Position numbers and translations under genes: made by a program | Shown here: in pieces, positions 16,798 to 26,696 of the stretch | How the letters are laid out: the number at the start of each line of letters is the position of its first letter | Numbering within the stretch: position 1 is the first letter of the stretch | DNA from: Caldilineaceae bacterium | GTDB lineage: Bacteria > Chloroflexota > Anaerolineae > Caldilineales > Caldilineaceae | Length of the DNA stretch: 64,000 bases | Direction of reading: 5' to 3' | NCBI GenBank assembly: GCA_965261695.1 | Contig: OZ253474.1 | Span: 3,411,340 to 3,475,339, forward strand | Notes under the pieces: generated by a model | What the model was told of the DNA's origin: nothing | Databases searched by the model: none | The model's input: the letters and a program-made list of their open reading frames with translations, nothing else

Positions 16798-16826
16798 TTG
16801 CCAACGCGTTGTCGGTCAGCTACACT
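16798..16826 (+). promoter_or_regulatory. sigma70-like promoter candidate for the MoxR/VWA pair
   Basis: TTGCCA (16798-16803), 17-nt spacer, TACACT (16821-16826), about 100 nt upstream of ATG 16929. Hexamer match only. Confidence 0.4.
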
Positions 16827-16928
16827 GCAGCAAAACGGACTTCCCGCTTCCTCGTTTGGTTGCCGCCCAATGCGCTAAGGCCCGGTGTCGGCTGTAACCG
16901 ACTTCAGATAAAGGAGCCTCTCTCTCAC

Positions 16929-17921
<993 letters not shown>

Positions 17922-17932
17922 AGGAGAATGCG

Positions 17933-19312
17933 ATGGAAGAGCGAATCGTAAAGTTCATTTCGGCGTTGCGTTCCGGCGGCGTGCGCGTCAGCCTGGCGGA
18001 GAGCGCGGATGCCTTCTCCGCCGTGGAAAACCTGGGCGTGCAGGATCGGGATACGTTTCGCCTGAGTCTGCGGGCAACTCTCGTCAAGGATCTGGAGAGC
18101 CTGCCCACTTTTGAGGAGCTTTTCCCCCTCTTTTTTGGCAGCGGCGAGCCGCCCCCGCTGATGAATCTGATGCAAGACCTGACCGAGGAAGAGGCCAATA
18201 TGCTGGCCGAGGCGCTGCGCCAGTTCGGCCAACGGCTGCGGGATATGCTGGAGCGGCTCCTGCGCGGCGAGGAGCTCACGCCGGAGGAGTTGGATGCCCT
18301 GGGCCAGATGGTGGGCCTGAACCAGGCCGATGACCTGCGCTACCGCGAATGGATGGCGCGCCGGATGCAGCGCGCGCTCCAGTTCGACCAGGTGCGTGAG
18401 GCGATGCAGGAGATCATGGAGTTGATGGCCCAGATGGGAATGAACAAGGAGCGCCTGGAGCAGATGCGCCAACTGATCGCCCAGAATATGGATTCGCTGC
18501 AGGAGCAGTTGCGCCAGCACGCCGGCCAGCGAATTGCTGAAAACATGGCCGAACAGCGCCCGGAGGATCACCTGGACGGGCTGATGGACCGACCGTTTCA
18601 GGCGCTGTCGGACGGCGACATGCAGAAGTTGCGCCAGGAGGTGCGACGGCTGGCCGCGTTGCTGCGCAGCCGAATCGCCCTGCGTCAGAGGCGGGCCAAG
18701 AGCGGCCAACTGGACGCCAAAGCGACGATCCGGGCCAACCTCAAGCACGGGGGCGTCCCCTTCCAGATCAAGCACCGCGACCGCACCGTCAAGCCCAAGT
18801 TGGTGGTGATCTGCGACATCAGCACCTCGATGCGCCACTGCACAGAGTTGATGCTTTCTCTGCTATACGAGTTGCAGGATCAGGTGAGCAAGACGCATAC
18901 CTTCGCCTTTATCGACCATCTGGAGTACATCACGCCGGACTTTCAGGGCAACCGGGCCAATGAAGCAATCCAGCAGGTGTTGATCCGGATGCCGCCAGGC
19001 TCTTACAGCACCGATCTGGGGCACAGCTTGCAGAATTACGCCGATGACTATCTGGACACCATCGACCACCGGACAACGCTGATCGTGGTGGGCGACGGGC
19101 GCAATAACTACAATGATCCCCGGCTGGATATCTTCAAGCTGATGGCCCGGCGCAGCCGCCGCACCCTATGGCTAAACCCGGAATTGCCGATGCTGTGGGG
19201 CAGCGGCGACAGCGATATGCTGGAGTATGTGCCCCTGTGCGACAGGATTTTGCAGGTCAGTACCCTCTCCGAACTGACGGATGCGGTGGATCAGTTGATT
19301 GTCGAGAAGTGA
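17933..19312 (+). CDS. VWA-domain protein (CoxE-like), partner of the MoxR ATPase
   Basis: The C-terminal VWA has a MIDAS-like DxSxS (VVICDISTSM) and LIVVGDGRNNY. The N-terminal region is similar to CoxE-type proteins. It starts 11 nt after the MoxR stop. Confidence 0.8.
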   Translation: MEERIVKFISALRSGGVRVSLAESADAFSAVENLGVQDRDTFRLSLRATLVKDLESLPTFEELFPLFFGSGEPPPLMNLMQDLTEEEANMLAEALRQFGQRLRDMLERLLRGEELTPEELDALGQMVGLNQADDLRYREWMARRMQRALQFDQVREAMQEIMELMAQMGMNKERLEQMRQLIAQNMDSLQEQLRQHAGQRIAENMAEQRPEDHLDGLMDRPFQALSDGDMQKLRQEVRRLAALLRSRIALRQRRAKSGQLDAKATIRANLKHGGVPFQIKHRDRTVKPKLVVICDISTSMRHCTELMLSLLYELQDQVSKTHTFAFIDHLEYITPDFQGNRANEAIQQVLIRMPPGSYSTDLGHSLQNYADDYLDTIDHRTTLIVVGDGRNNYNDPRLDIFKLMARRSRRTLWLNPELPMLWGSGDSDMLEYVPLCDRILQVSTLSELTDAVDQLIVEK

Positions 19313-19345
19313 TAACCGTCGACGCCGCGGAGTGGGCGAAGTAGC

Positions 19346-21160
19346 GTGACCGATTCCCCCACCAGAACAATTGCACGGTTTGCAAGTGGGCTGGCGGCGC
19401 TCTGCCTGTTCAGCGCCGTGCTCTTTGTCGCGGCGCAGCGGTTTGACCTGGTAGAGCGTGCCAAAAAGCTACTGCTGAACGTCTCCGCTATCAACCCTTC
19501 TCCCGTCGTGGATCCGTGCGGCCCGGAGTTGAGCGCCGCTGCCATCGTTGCGCGTATCAACTACAGGGACGCCGAGGCACTGCACGCCCTCTTCGACCGC
19601 GTCGACATCTGGCACGTTTATCCCAACCAACAAACGGCTGTGGCGCTGGTGTCACCGGCGGATCAGTCCTGGCTGACCGGTGAAGGCTATCCCTTCTCGG
19701 AGGAAGTGCGGCAGACCGCCGCGCTGCCGGACCCCTGCGCGCTCCAGGCGCAGGCCGACCAGAGCGGCATCCCAGGCTATGCCTGTTATCGCACAGTGAA
19801 GAAGACCTACAGCGATCTGGCCGCGCTAGCCGAGCAATACCCAGAACTGGCCGAATGGAGCGACATCGGCAACAGTTGGTACAAGATCCGCAGTTGGGGT
19901 TTGGCCGGTTACGACATCCAGGCGCTCGTGCTGACGAACAGTCAGCCCACCGACTTTGAGAAGGGTGAGTTGGTGGTGATGGCCGCGGCCCACCCGCGCG
20001 AGTTGGTGACGGCGGAACTCGCTACGCGCTTTGCCGAAAAGCTGCTCGTCGGATATGGAGCGGACCCCGATCTGACGTGGCTGCTCGACTACAACCGCAT
20101 CCACATCATCCCTCAAGCCAATCCCGATGGCCGCAGTTGGGTCGAGGTGGGGCACCTCTGGCGCAAGAATGCGAACAGCACCAATGGCTGCGAATTCCCC
20201 CGCCACGGCGTTGACCTCAATCGCAACGGCAGCTTTCTGTGGAATCACTGTAATGGCTGCTCTTCCGACGATGTCTGTTCGGTCTTCTACCGGGGGCAAA
20301 AGGCGGCGTCCGAACCGGAGACGGGGGCGATTGAAGCCTACCTGCGCGCCGTCTTCCAAGACCAGCGGGGCGAGGGCTACAACGACCCGGCTCCGGAGGA
20401 TACCAACGGCGTTTTCATTTCGCTCCACTCCTTCGGTCGGCTGCTACTCTACCCTTGGGAGCACACGTCCGCGCTGGCGCCGAACCGGGACGCGCTGCGC
20501 CGCCTTGGCCGCAAGCTGGGCTATTCCCCCGGTTACAAGGTCTGCAACGCCGAACTATGCATGTACCGCTTCGACGGCAGCGCGACTGATTACGCCTACG
20601 GCACGCTCGGCGTCGCCTCCTATACCTATGAGATCGGCACTGCGTTCTTCCAGAGCTGCCCCTATTTTGAATCGTCGATCGTCGAACAAAATCTGGACTC
20701 GCTCGTCTATGCGGCCAAGGCGGCCCGGCGCCCTTACCAATTGCCTGCCGGGCCCGACGTGACGGACGCGAGCGTAGATCCGCCGCAGGCATCGCCGGGG
20801 ACGGCGGTCACGTTGTCCGCCACCGCCGATGACACCCGCAGCGCCGGCAGCGGCTCCGACAAGGAACCGGCTCAGCATATCAGCGCAGCCCGCTTCTCGA
20901 TCGACACGCCCTCCTGGCTGACGACCACGTTCGGAACGCTGCAACCGCTGGACGACGCGTTCGATGCCACAGTTGAGTCATTGACAGGGACGCTAGACAC
21001 AACCGATTTGCAACCTGGCGCGCATACCATTTTCCTGGAAGCGCAGGATGCCGACGGCAACTGGGGCCCGCCCACCGCGATATCGGTTGAGGTCGTCCCC
21101 TCCGCAGCGGAGCCGACGCCGACACCGCATAAAATGTATCTGCCGAATGTGTGGCGATAA
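19346..21160 (+). CDS. M14-family zinc carboxypeptidase, secreted or membrane-anchored
   Basis: N-terminal hydrophobic anchor. HPRE zinc motif (AAAHPRELVT), IIPQANPDG, GVDLNRN, FISLHSFG, catalytic YTYEIG. The C-terminal extension ends in a Pro/Thr-rich tail. Confidence 0.85.
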   Translation: MTDSPTRTIARFASGLAALCLFSAVLFVAAQRFDLVERAKKLLLNVSAINPSPVVDPCGPELSAAAIVARINYRDAEALHALFDRVDIWHVYPNQQTAVALVSPADQSWLTGEGYPFSEEVRQTAALPDPCALQAQADQSGIPGYACYRTVKKTYSDLAALAEQYPELAEWSDIGNSWYKIRSWGLAGYDIQALVLTNSQPTDFEKGELVVMAAAHPRELVTAELATRFAEKLLVGYGADPDLTWLLDYNRIHIIPQANPDGRSWVEVGHLWRKNANSTNGCEFPRHGVDLNRNGSFLWNHCNGCSSDDVCSVFYRGQKAASEPETGAIEAYLRAVFQDQRGEGYNDPAPEDTNGVFISLHSFGRLLLYPWEHTSALAPNRDALRRLGRKLGYSPGYKVCNAELCMYRFDGSATDYAYGTLGVASYTYEIGTAFFQSCPYFESSIVEQNLDSLVYAAKAARRPYQLPAGPDVTDASVDPPQASPGTAVTLSATADDTRSAGSGSDKEPAQHISAARFSIDTPSWLTTTFGTLQPLDDAFDATVESLTGTLDTTDLQPGAHTIFLEAQDADGNWGPPTAISVEVVPSAAEPTPTPHKMYLPNVWR

Positions 21161-21205
21161 TGAGGAGAGATCTCTGCCATGCGCCCATTTTTCGGCGGTC
21201 AATTC

Positions 21206-21235
21206 TTAGCCAATCCGATTTTTCCACTGTATAAT
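21206..21235 (+). promoter_or_regulatory. sigma70-like promoter candidate upstream of the heptamer array and ilvE
   Basis: TTAGCC (21206-21211), 18-nt spacer, TATAAT (21230-21235). Hexamer match only. Confidence 0.4.
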
Positions 21236-21279
21236 TCAACCTCGATATACCGGTGCAAAGTGGTTGGCTGCTCTTGTCA

Positions 21280-21657
21280 CCACTGACCACTGACCACTGA
21301 CCACCGACCACCGACCACTGACCACCGACCACCGACCACCGACCACTGACCACTGACCACCGACCACCGACCACTGACCACTGACCACAGGCCACTGACC
21401 ACTGACCACTGACCACTGACCACTGACCACTGACCACTGACCACTGACCACTGACCACTGACCACTGACCACTGACCACCGACCACCGACCACCGACCAC
21501 CGACCACCGACCACCGACCACCGACCACAGGCCACTGACCACTGACCACCGACCACCGACCACCGACCACCGACCACCGACCACCGACCACTGACCACTG
21601 ACCACTGACCACTGACCACTGACCACTGACCACCGACCACTGACCACCGACCACTGC
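21280..21657. repeat. heptanucleotide tandem array, 54 units (30 CCACTGA, 22 CCACCGA, 2 CCACAGG)
   Basis: Counted unit by unit from 21280. Unit order (T=CCACTGA, C=CCACCGA, X=CCACAGG): TTTCCTCCCTTCCTTXTTTTTTTTTTTTCCCCCCCXTTCCCCCCTTTTTTCTCT. The array ends 3 nt before the AAAAGGAG RBS region of ilvE. Confidence 0.97.
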
Positions 21658-21675
21658 AGTAAAAGGAGTGCAGCG

Positions 21676-22599
21676 ATGGCGAAGATGCAAGCGGACTATA
21701 TCTGGATGAACGGGGAGATCATCCCGTGGGAGCAGGCGACGGTGCATGTGTTCACCCATGCGCTGCATTACGGCAGCAGCGCGTTTGAGGGGATTCGCGC
21801 CTACGAAGTAAGCGACGCCCCGGCGATTTTCCGCGGGCCGGAGCATTTCGAGCGGTTGCTCTACTCCTGCAAGGTCGCCCACATTCCATCGCCTCTGAAT
21901 GTAGATGAGTGGATGGATGTGGCGAAAGCCGTCTTGCTCAAGAACGATCATCGCAGCGCCTACATCCGGCCGCTGGTCTTCCGCGGCTACGAGAGCCTGG
22001 GCGTAGACGGGCGTGGCTGTCCGGCGGAGGCCATCCTGGCCTCGGTGCCGTGGGGGCGCTATCTGGGCGCGGAGGCCATCGAGGAAGGCGTGGATGTGCA
22101 GGTGAGCAGCTGGCGGCGCATGGCCTCGAACATGTTCAGCCCGATGGCGAAGATCGGCGGCCAGTACGTCAGCAGCCAGAACATCGTGATGGAAGCCAAG
22201 GACAATGGTTTCACCGAAGGCATTGCGCTGGATGTAAACGGTCAGGTGAGCGAAGGCAGCGGCGAGAACATCTTCGTCATCTATAAGGGCGTGATCTTTA
22301 CGCCGCCTTTGGGCAGCAGTATTCTCGGGGGCATCACCCGCGATGCGGCGATCACGATTGCCAGAGATCTGGGCTACGACCTGCGCGAACAGGCCATGAC
22401 GCGGGAGATGCTCTATCTGGCCGACGAAATCTTCTTCACCGGCACTGCGGCGGAGATCACGCCAGTGCGTTCGGTGGACCGGCTGCCGGTCGGCGACGGC
22501 AAGCGGGGGCCGATCACGCAGTCGATCCAGGGCGTTTTCTTCGGCATCCTCGAAGACAATATGCCGGACAAGTGGGGTTGGCTGACGCAGGTGGCATGA
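21676..22599 (+). CDS. ilvE: branched-chain amino acid aminotransferase
   Basis: 307 aa, fold-type IV aminotransferase pattern: FEGIRAY, YIRPLVF, GENIFV, FFTGTAAEITPVRSVD. RBS AAGGAG. Confidence 0.92.
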   Translation: MAKMQADYIWMNGEIIPWEQATVHVFTHALHYGSSAFEGIRAYEVSDAPAIFRGPEHFERLLYSCKVAHIPSPLNVDEWMDVAKAVLLKNDHRSAYIRPLVFRGYESLGVDGRGCPAEAILASVPWGRYLGAEAIEEGVDVQVSSWRRMASNMFSPMAKIGGQYVSSQNIVMEAKDNGFTEGIALDVNGQVSEGSGENIFVIYKGVIFTPPLGSSILGGITRDAAITIARDLGYDLREQAMTREMLYLADEIFFTGTAAEITPVRSVDRLPVGDGKRGPITQSIQGVFFGILEDNMPDKWGWLTQVA

Positions 22600-22642
22600 T
22601 TGAGAAGTAAGAATTGAGGAGTGAGGATTGCTACTCTCCTCT

Positions 22643-23452
22643 TCATTCTCCCCTCGCCATCTGACCGAACCAGCGCTCCTCCAGGAGATCCAGGCGCTCT
22701 TCCTGTTCGAGCGTCGCCAGCGCTTCATTCAGCGCGCTTTGCAGCTGGTGCGCCTTGACCGACACGGCGATTACATAGGGATCACTGTCCAGCGCAGCGC
22801 CAACGGCCCGGATCGGCTTGCCGTCGCCTTGGGCCAGCCGCAAGCTGACGCCGTCAATCAGCAGCGCGTCGCTTGCGCCGGAGACAAGGGCATCGAGCGC
22901 CTCCTGCGATGATTGAAACGGCAGCCGTTCAAAGGCGAGGCCGTCGCGTTGCAGCCGGCGCGCGACCGCGTCTCCCCGGCTGCCCCACTCAACCGCGACG
23001 GTACGTCCATCCAGCTCCTCGACGGTTTCGAACGCGGCTTCAGCGCCGACCACAAGACGTACTCCGGCCTCAAAATAGGGCGGCGAATAGTGTATGTCCT
23101 TTGTCATGCGGGCGTTGAACGGAAAGGCGCTGACTACGGCATCGACGCGGTCAACCAGCAGCGCATCCAACAGACTGTCGTAGCCGATTGCGACAATTTC
23201 CGCCTCCAGCCCCCAGTTAGCTGCGATTTCCTGCGCTAGGTCCACGTCATATCCGACCGGCGCCCCCTGTGCATCCAGCGTCTCAAAGGGCGGAAAGCTG
23301 GGGTCCATGCCGATTCGCCATGTGCCCCGCTCCTGCATCTGGAGCCAGGTCTTATCCACCGCCTGTCCTCTCTGGCGCAGCAGCAGCCAGCCGCCAACGG
23401 CCAGCGCCGCGGCCAATGCGCAGGCGATGATCCACAGCCGCCGGCGCCGCAT
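22643..23452 (-). CDS. amino-acid ABC transporter substrate-binding protein (family 3 SBP)
   Basis: Start set at ATG 23452 (MRRRRLWIIACALAAALAVGG signal or anchor). MDPSFPPFE, GYDVDLA, YSPPYF motifs of polar amino-acid binding proteins. Confidence 0.8.
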   Translation of the reverse strand: MRRRRLWIIACALAAALAVGGWLLLRQRGQAVDKTWLQMQERGTWRIGMDPSFPPFETLDAQGAPVGYDVDLAQEIAANWGLEAEIVAIGYDSLLDALLVDRVDAVVSAFPFNARMTKDIHYSPPYFEAGVRLVVGAEAAFETVEELDGRTVAVEWGSRGDAVARRLQRDGLAFERLPFQSSQEALDALVSGASDALLIDGVSLRLAQGDGKPIRAVGAALDSDPYVIAVSVKAHQLQSALNEALATLEQEERLDLLEERWFGQMARGE

Positions 23453-23522
23453 AACATAGCGGAGATTCCAGTGATCCGTGTTGTTGCTATCCACTATCCA
23501 ATATCCACTGCTGTTGGGTCGT

Positions 23523-24719
23523 TCATGGCGCGTCGAACCGGCCCTGCGCGTACAGCTGCATCTCCAGGTAGATGGCTTTGGGTTCAAAGTCGGTACTGAC
23601 AAATGTGTAGTAGTCCTGGTAACTTTTCTGATCCCAGGGGAAGCGGAAGACCCACAGGCATAGGCTTTCGAGCCACGGCCACTCGGTGCGGGCGATCTCG
23701 TATGCCTCTGCGGAGTTGAGGATGCGTTGGCCCGGGCGCACAGCCCTGGTCCAGCGGGGGTGATCGTTCCATCCGCCCTCGGTTATCATGGCCGTCTTAT
23801 CGCCGTCGCCGTTGCGCACCATGATCTCTCGCAGCAGTTCGGCGCGGCGGAAGTTGACGACGGATTCGCCGGCCGGTTCGTCGGCCTCGAATCCCAGACC
23901 GTAGGCATGAATCGCCAGAATGTCGAAATATTGGGCCGCGCCGGCGTCGTACATCCTCTGCAAGTAATCCAGATCGTTCATGCTCCATTCGCTGCCTGGA
24001 GGATCCAGCGTGGGGGCCAGCGCGCCGGCGAGGACCTGCATCTCCGGCGCGGCAGCTTTCACCATCGGGTAAACCACCTTCAGCATCTCCACATAGGCCG
24101 CCGGATCGACCGGGCGAAAGCCCCATTCCAGACTCAGATTCGGCTCGTTCCAGATAATCAGATAGCGCACGATGCCCTGATAGCGTCGCGCAAATTCGGC
24201 GGCGTAGCGTCCGAACGCCTCGTAGTTCTCCTCCGGCAGGTAGAGATGATGGGAGTCATCCGGGCGCGCCCACTCCGGCACGAAGCCCAGGCGCGCGATC
24301 ACGGTTAGCCCCTGCCGGTCGGCGTGATTGATCACCAGATCCGGGTGGCCCCACTCATAGTGGCCGCGTCTCGGTTCGTAGTAGGCCCAGGGGAAGTATT
24401 CGACGATCCAGGGCGCGCCCATCTCGCGCACCATCTCCAGGCTGCGTTTGATTTTAGCGGCGTCCGGTTCATCGGTCAGGCGGGTATGCACGCCCATTTT
24501 GGCGTTGATGGTTGAGACCGTTCGTTGAGGGCCAAGCGGAACCCAGTTGCGAAAATAGGAGCGATAGGTGAGGCCAACGACGCCGCACACAAGCAACGCC
24601 CCGATCAGTTTCCAGACGCGGGGCGACAACGCTGCGGCGGGGGACATCCAGTTGGTAATGTCGAATTTTCCGGCAGGCGGCCTGACCTGCATGCTGGGAA
24701 CGAGGGGATAAGTCATCAA
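23523..24719 (-). CDS. membrane-anchored clan GH-A (GH5/cellulase-like TIM-barrel) glycoside hydrolase family protein
   Basis: N-terminal TM helix. IIWNEPNLSLEWG (the NEP acid/base motif of clan GH-A). Similar catalytic-domain layout to the C-terminus of the 1070-aa protein at 38075-41287. Confidence 0.65.
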   Translation of the reverse strand: MMTYPLVPSMQVRPPAGKFDITNWMSPAAALSPRVWKLIGALLVCGVVGLTYRSYFRNWVPLGPQRTVSTINAKMGVHTRLTDEPDAAKIKRSLEMVREMGAPWIVEYFPWAYYEPRRGHYEWGHPDLVINHADRQGLTVIARLGFVPEWARPDDSHHLYLPEENYEAFGRYAAEFARRYQGIVRYLIIWNEPNLSLEWGFRPVDPAAYVEMLKVVYPMVKAAAPEMQVLAGALAPTLDPPGSEWSMNDLDYLQRMYDAGAAQYFDILAIHAYGLGFEADEPAGESVVNFRRAELLREIMVRNGDGDKTAMITEGGWNDHPRWTRAVRPGQRILNSAEAYEIARTEWPWLESLCLWVFRFPWDQKSYQDYYTFVSTDFEPKAIYLEMQLYAQGRFDAP

Positions 24720-24743
24720 AGCGAGGGCTGATGCGCGCGGCGG

Positions 24744-25289
24744 CTAAGTCTCGTCCTGCAATGTTTCATCGTCGTCGGGCTGGAAAGCAGGGGATGGCGC
24801 GTATTCGTGGTCGGCTTCTTCCGGCTCGATCTGTTCTTGGGGCGCCTGGCTGGCTTCGATTGCCTGGATGCCGTTTTCGGCCTGTTGCAGCGAGTTATGC
24901 AAATTGTCTCGCAGCCGGTACAGTACGTCCAGCGCGTAGACCTCTGCCTCATCAACAAGCCGGATGGCTTCGGCGTGGCCATGCGCGATAATGCGCTCCG
25001 CTTCTTCGCGAGCGCGTTCGGTGATGGAGTCTTCGCCGACGATCTGTATCGCTTGCTGCTCAGCGTGCGCAATGATCTGTTCTGCCCGCGCTTGCGCATC
25101 GCTGAGGATGCGGTCCCGCTCGGTGATCATGCGCTCGCTTTCCTTGATCGCGCTGGGTATGCTGATGCGCATCTGATCGATCAGCCGGAGACACTCCTCC
25201 GAATTCACGATCAGAGAGGGGGAGAGAGGTACCCGCCACCCCCTGTTCAAGGTCTGTTCAAGTTGATCCACCAGTTGTAGAATTTCCAT
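24744..25289 (-). CDS. hypothetical coiled-coil protein (Glu/Ala/Arg-rich helical protein)
   Basis: 181 aa, ATG start, long heptad-like AEQIIAHAEQQAIQIV...EEAERIIAHGHAEAIRLV repeats and an acidic tail. Function not recognised. Confidence 0.6.
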   Translation of the reverse strand: MEILQLVDQLEQTLNRGWRVPLSPSLIVNSEECLRLIDQMRISIPSAIKESERMITERDRILSDAQARAEQIIAHAEQQAIQIVGEDSITERAREEAERIIAHGHAEAIRLVDEAEVYALDVLYRLRDNLHNSLQQAENGIQAIEASQAPQEQIEPEEADHEYAPSPAFQPDDDETLQDET

Positions 25290-25389
25290 GATCAGTTTGA
25301 ACTTTCGTTAGCAGTTATTGTTCGTCAGCTTTCGACTCTTGGTGACGCCTATGGGGAGCTGGCAATTACCGTAGACTAAGAAGCGGAAA

Positions 25390-25866
25390 CTATGCGAGCC
25401 GCTGCCGTAAAGCCTGCCCAGTATACGGTGTCACCCACCCGGTAATATCCCCATCCAGGCTGGCGACTTCCTTCAAGATCGTTGAACTGAGATAGGCATA
25501 CTCGGTGCTGCACAGCAGGTAACATGTCTCGATTTGCGGCGCCATGTGGCGATTGGCCATGTCAATGCGGGATTCAAAGGTAAGGTCGTCAACGTTTCGC
25601 AGGCCGCGCACGATCACCTGGGCACCATTGCGCTGTGCCCATTTTACCGTTAGTCCGCGATATGACACAATTGAGATATTGTCCACACCCTGTAGAGCTT
25701 CTCGGGCCAACTGAATGCGCTCACCGGTGGAAAAGAGCAACCTTTTGGCGGGCGCGTCAAAAACGGTGACGACGAGTTCATCAAAGAGTGCGGCTGCGCG
25801 CCGGGCGATGTCGCGGTGACCGTTGTGGAAGGGATCGAAACTTCCAGGGTAGATGGCGATCGTCAT
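25390..25866 (-). CDS. coaD: phosphopantetheine adenylyltransferase
   Basis: 158 aa. YPGSFDPFHNGH nucleotidyltransferase motif. ...RGLR...D...E... pattern typical of CoaD. Confidence 0.93.
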   Translation of the reverse strand: MTIAIYPGSFDPFHNGHRDIARRAAALFDELVVTVFDAPAKRLLFSTGERIQLAREALQGVDNISIVSYRGLTVKWAQRNGAQVIVRGLRNVDDLTFESRIDMANRHMAPQIETCYLLCSTEYAYLSSTILKEVASLDGDITGWVTPYTGQALRQRLA

Positions 25867-26570
25867 CGCGCTTCCTTCAGCCTGGCAGCGTCGGGCGCGG
25901 CGGCCGGGCCGTCGAAATAGGCGATCAGATCATCCGGCGCGATGCTGGCGACAGAGGACAGGCACAGATCGGCGGCGGAGAAGTCGGAACTGCGAGTGAT
26001 GCGATTGGGCACCGAGACACAGCGCAGCCCGGCCCGTTTTGCGCCCAACATTCCGTTATAGGAATCTTCGATCGCGACCGCGTGGGCAGGCAAAACCTCC
26101 AACATCTGCGCGGCCAGCCGATAAAGGGCCGGGTCCGGTTTGACCCGCTCGACATCGTCGGCGGTGATGACCGCGGCAAAGTGGCCGCGCAGCCCCAGCC
26201 GTTGCAGATGGTTTTCCACCCAATTGCGATCTGAACTTGAGGCGACCGCCAACTTCAGGCCCCGCTGCTCAGCCGCGGCGATCAACTTGAGCACGCCGGG
26301 CATGACCGGTTGGGCATGCACCCGCTCCAGAAATCGTTTGCGTCGTTCTGTACGCAGGCGTTGCCGGTCGATTGTCCGACCTAGCAACCCTTCCAGATGC
26401 TCATGGGGATCGAAGGCGCCGGCGCCGCCGCCCACGCAAAGCAGCCAGAGGTCGAGCGGCAACTCAACGTCGCGGCTGCCGTAAATCTCCTGCCAGGTCT
26501 GGAAATCGGGTGTCTCCGTGTCCAGAATCGTTCCGTCAAAGTCGAATACAATCGCCTGCAACACCGGCAT
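25863..26570 (-). CDS. HAD-superfamily hydrolase (beta-phosphoglucomutase/phosphatase-like)
   Basis: Start set at ATG 26570 (MPVLQAIVFDFDGTILDTE, HAD motif I). Motif III/IV ...AIEDSYNGMLGAKRAG. The stop overlaps the coaD start by 4 nt. Confidence 0.85.
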   Translation of the reverse strand: MPVLQAIVFDFDGTILDTETPDFQTWQEIYGSRDVELPLDLWLLCVGGGAGAFDPHEHLEGLLGRTIDRQRLRTERRKRFLERVHAQPVMPGVLKLIAAAEQRGLKLAVASSSDRNWVENHLQRLGLRGHFAAVITADDVERVKPDPALYRLAAQMLEVLPAHAVAIEDSYNGMLGAKRAGLRCVSVPNRITRSSDFSAADLCLSSVASIAPDDLIAYFDGPAAAPDAARLKEAR

Positions 26571-26696
26571 TCTCCGTCTGGACTGAATCGTTAGATGCGC
26601 TGCCGCTCCGTCATATGAACGCGAGTCGTACAACGCGCTATTGCTCCGCCATTTGAGCGCGAATCGGGATTGACAGGCTTCCTCGAAGGGCGGCGA

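Noticed and set aside
20880-21647. ORFs encoding long GQWSVVS/GRWSVVG repeat proteins (255 aa and 134 aa, plus the C-terminus of the 483-aa ORF 21277..22728)
   Set aside because: They are the 7-bp tandem array read in all three minus-strand frames. A 7-bp unit gives a 21-bp/7-aa period in every frame. There is no credible start or RBS, and the rest of each ORF is antisense to the M14 gene or to ilvE.
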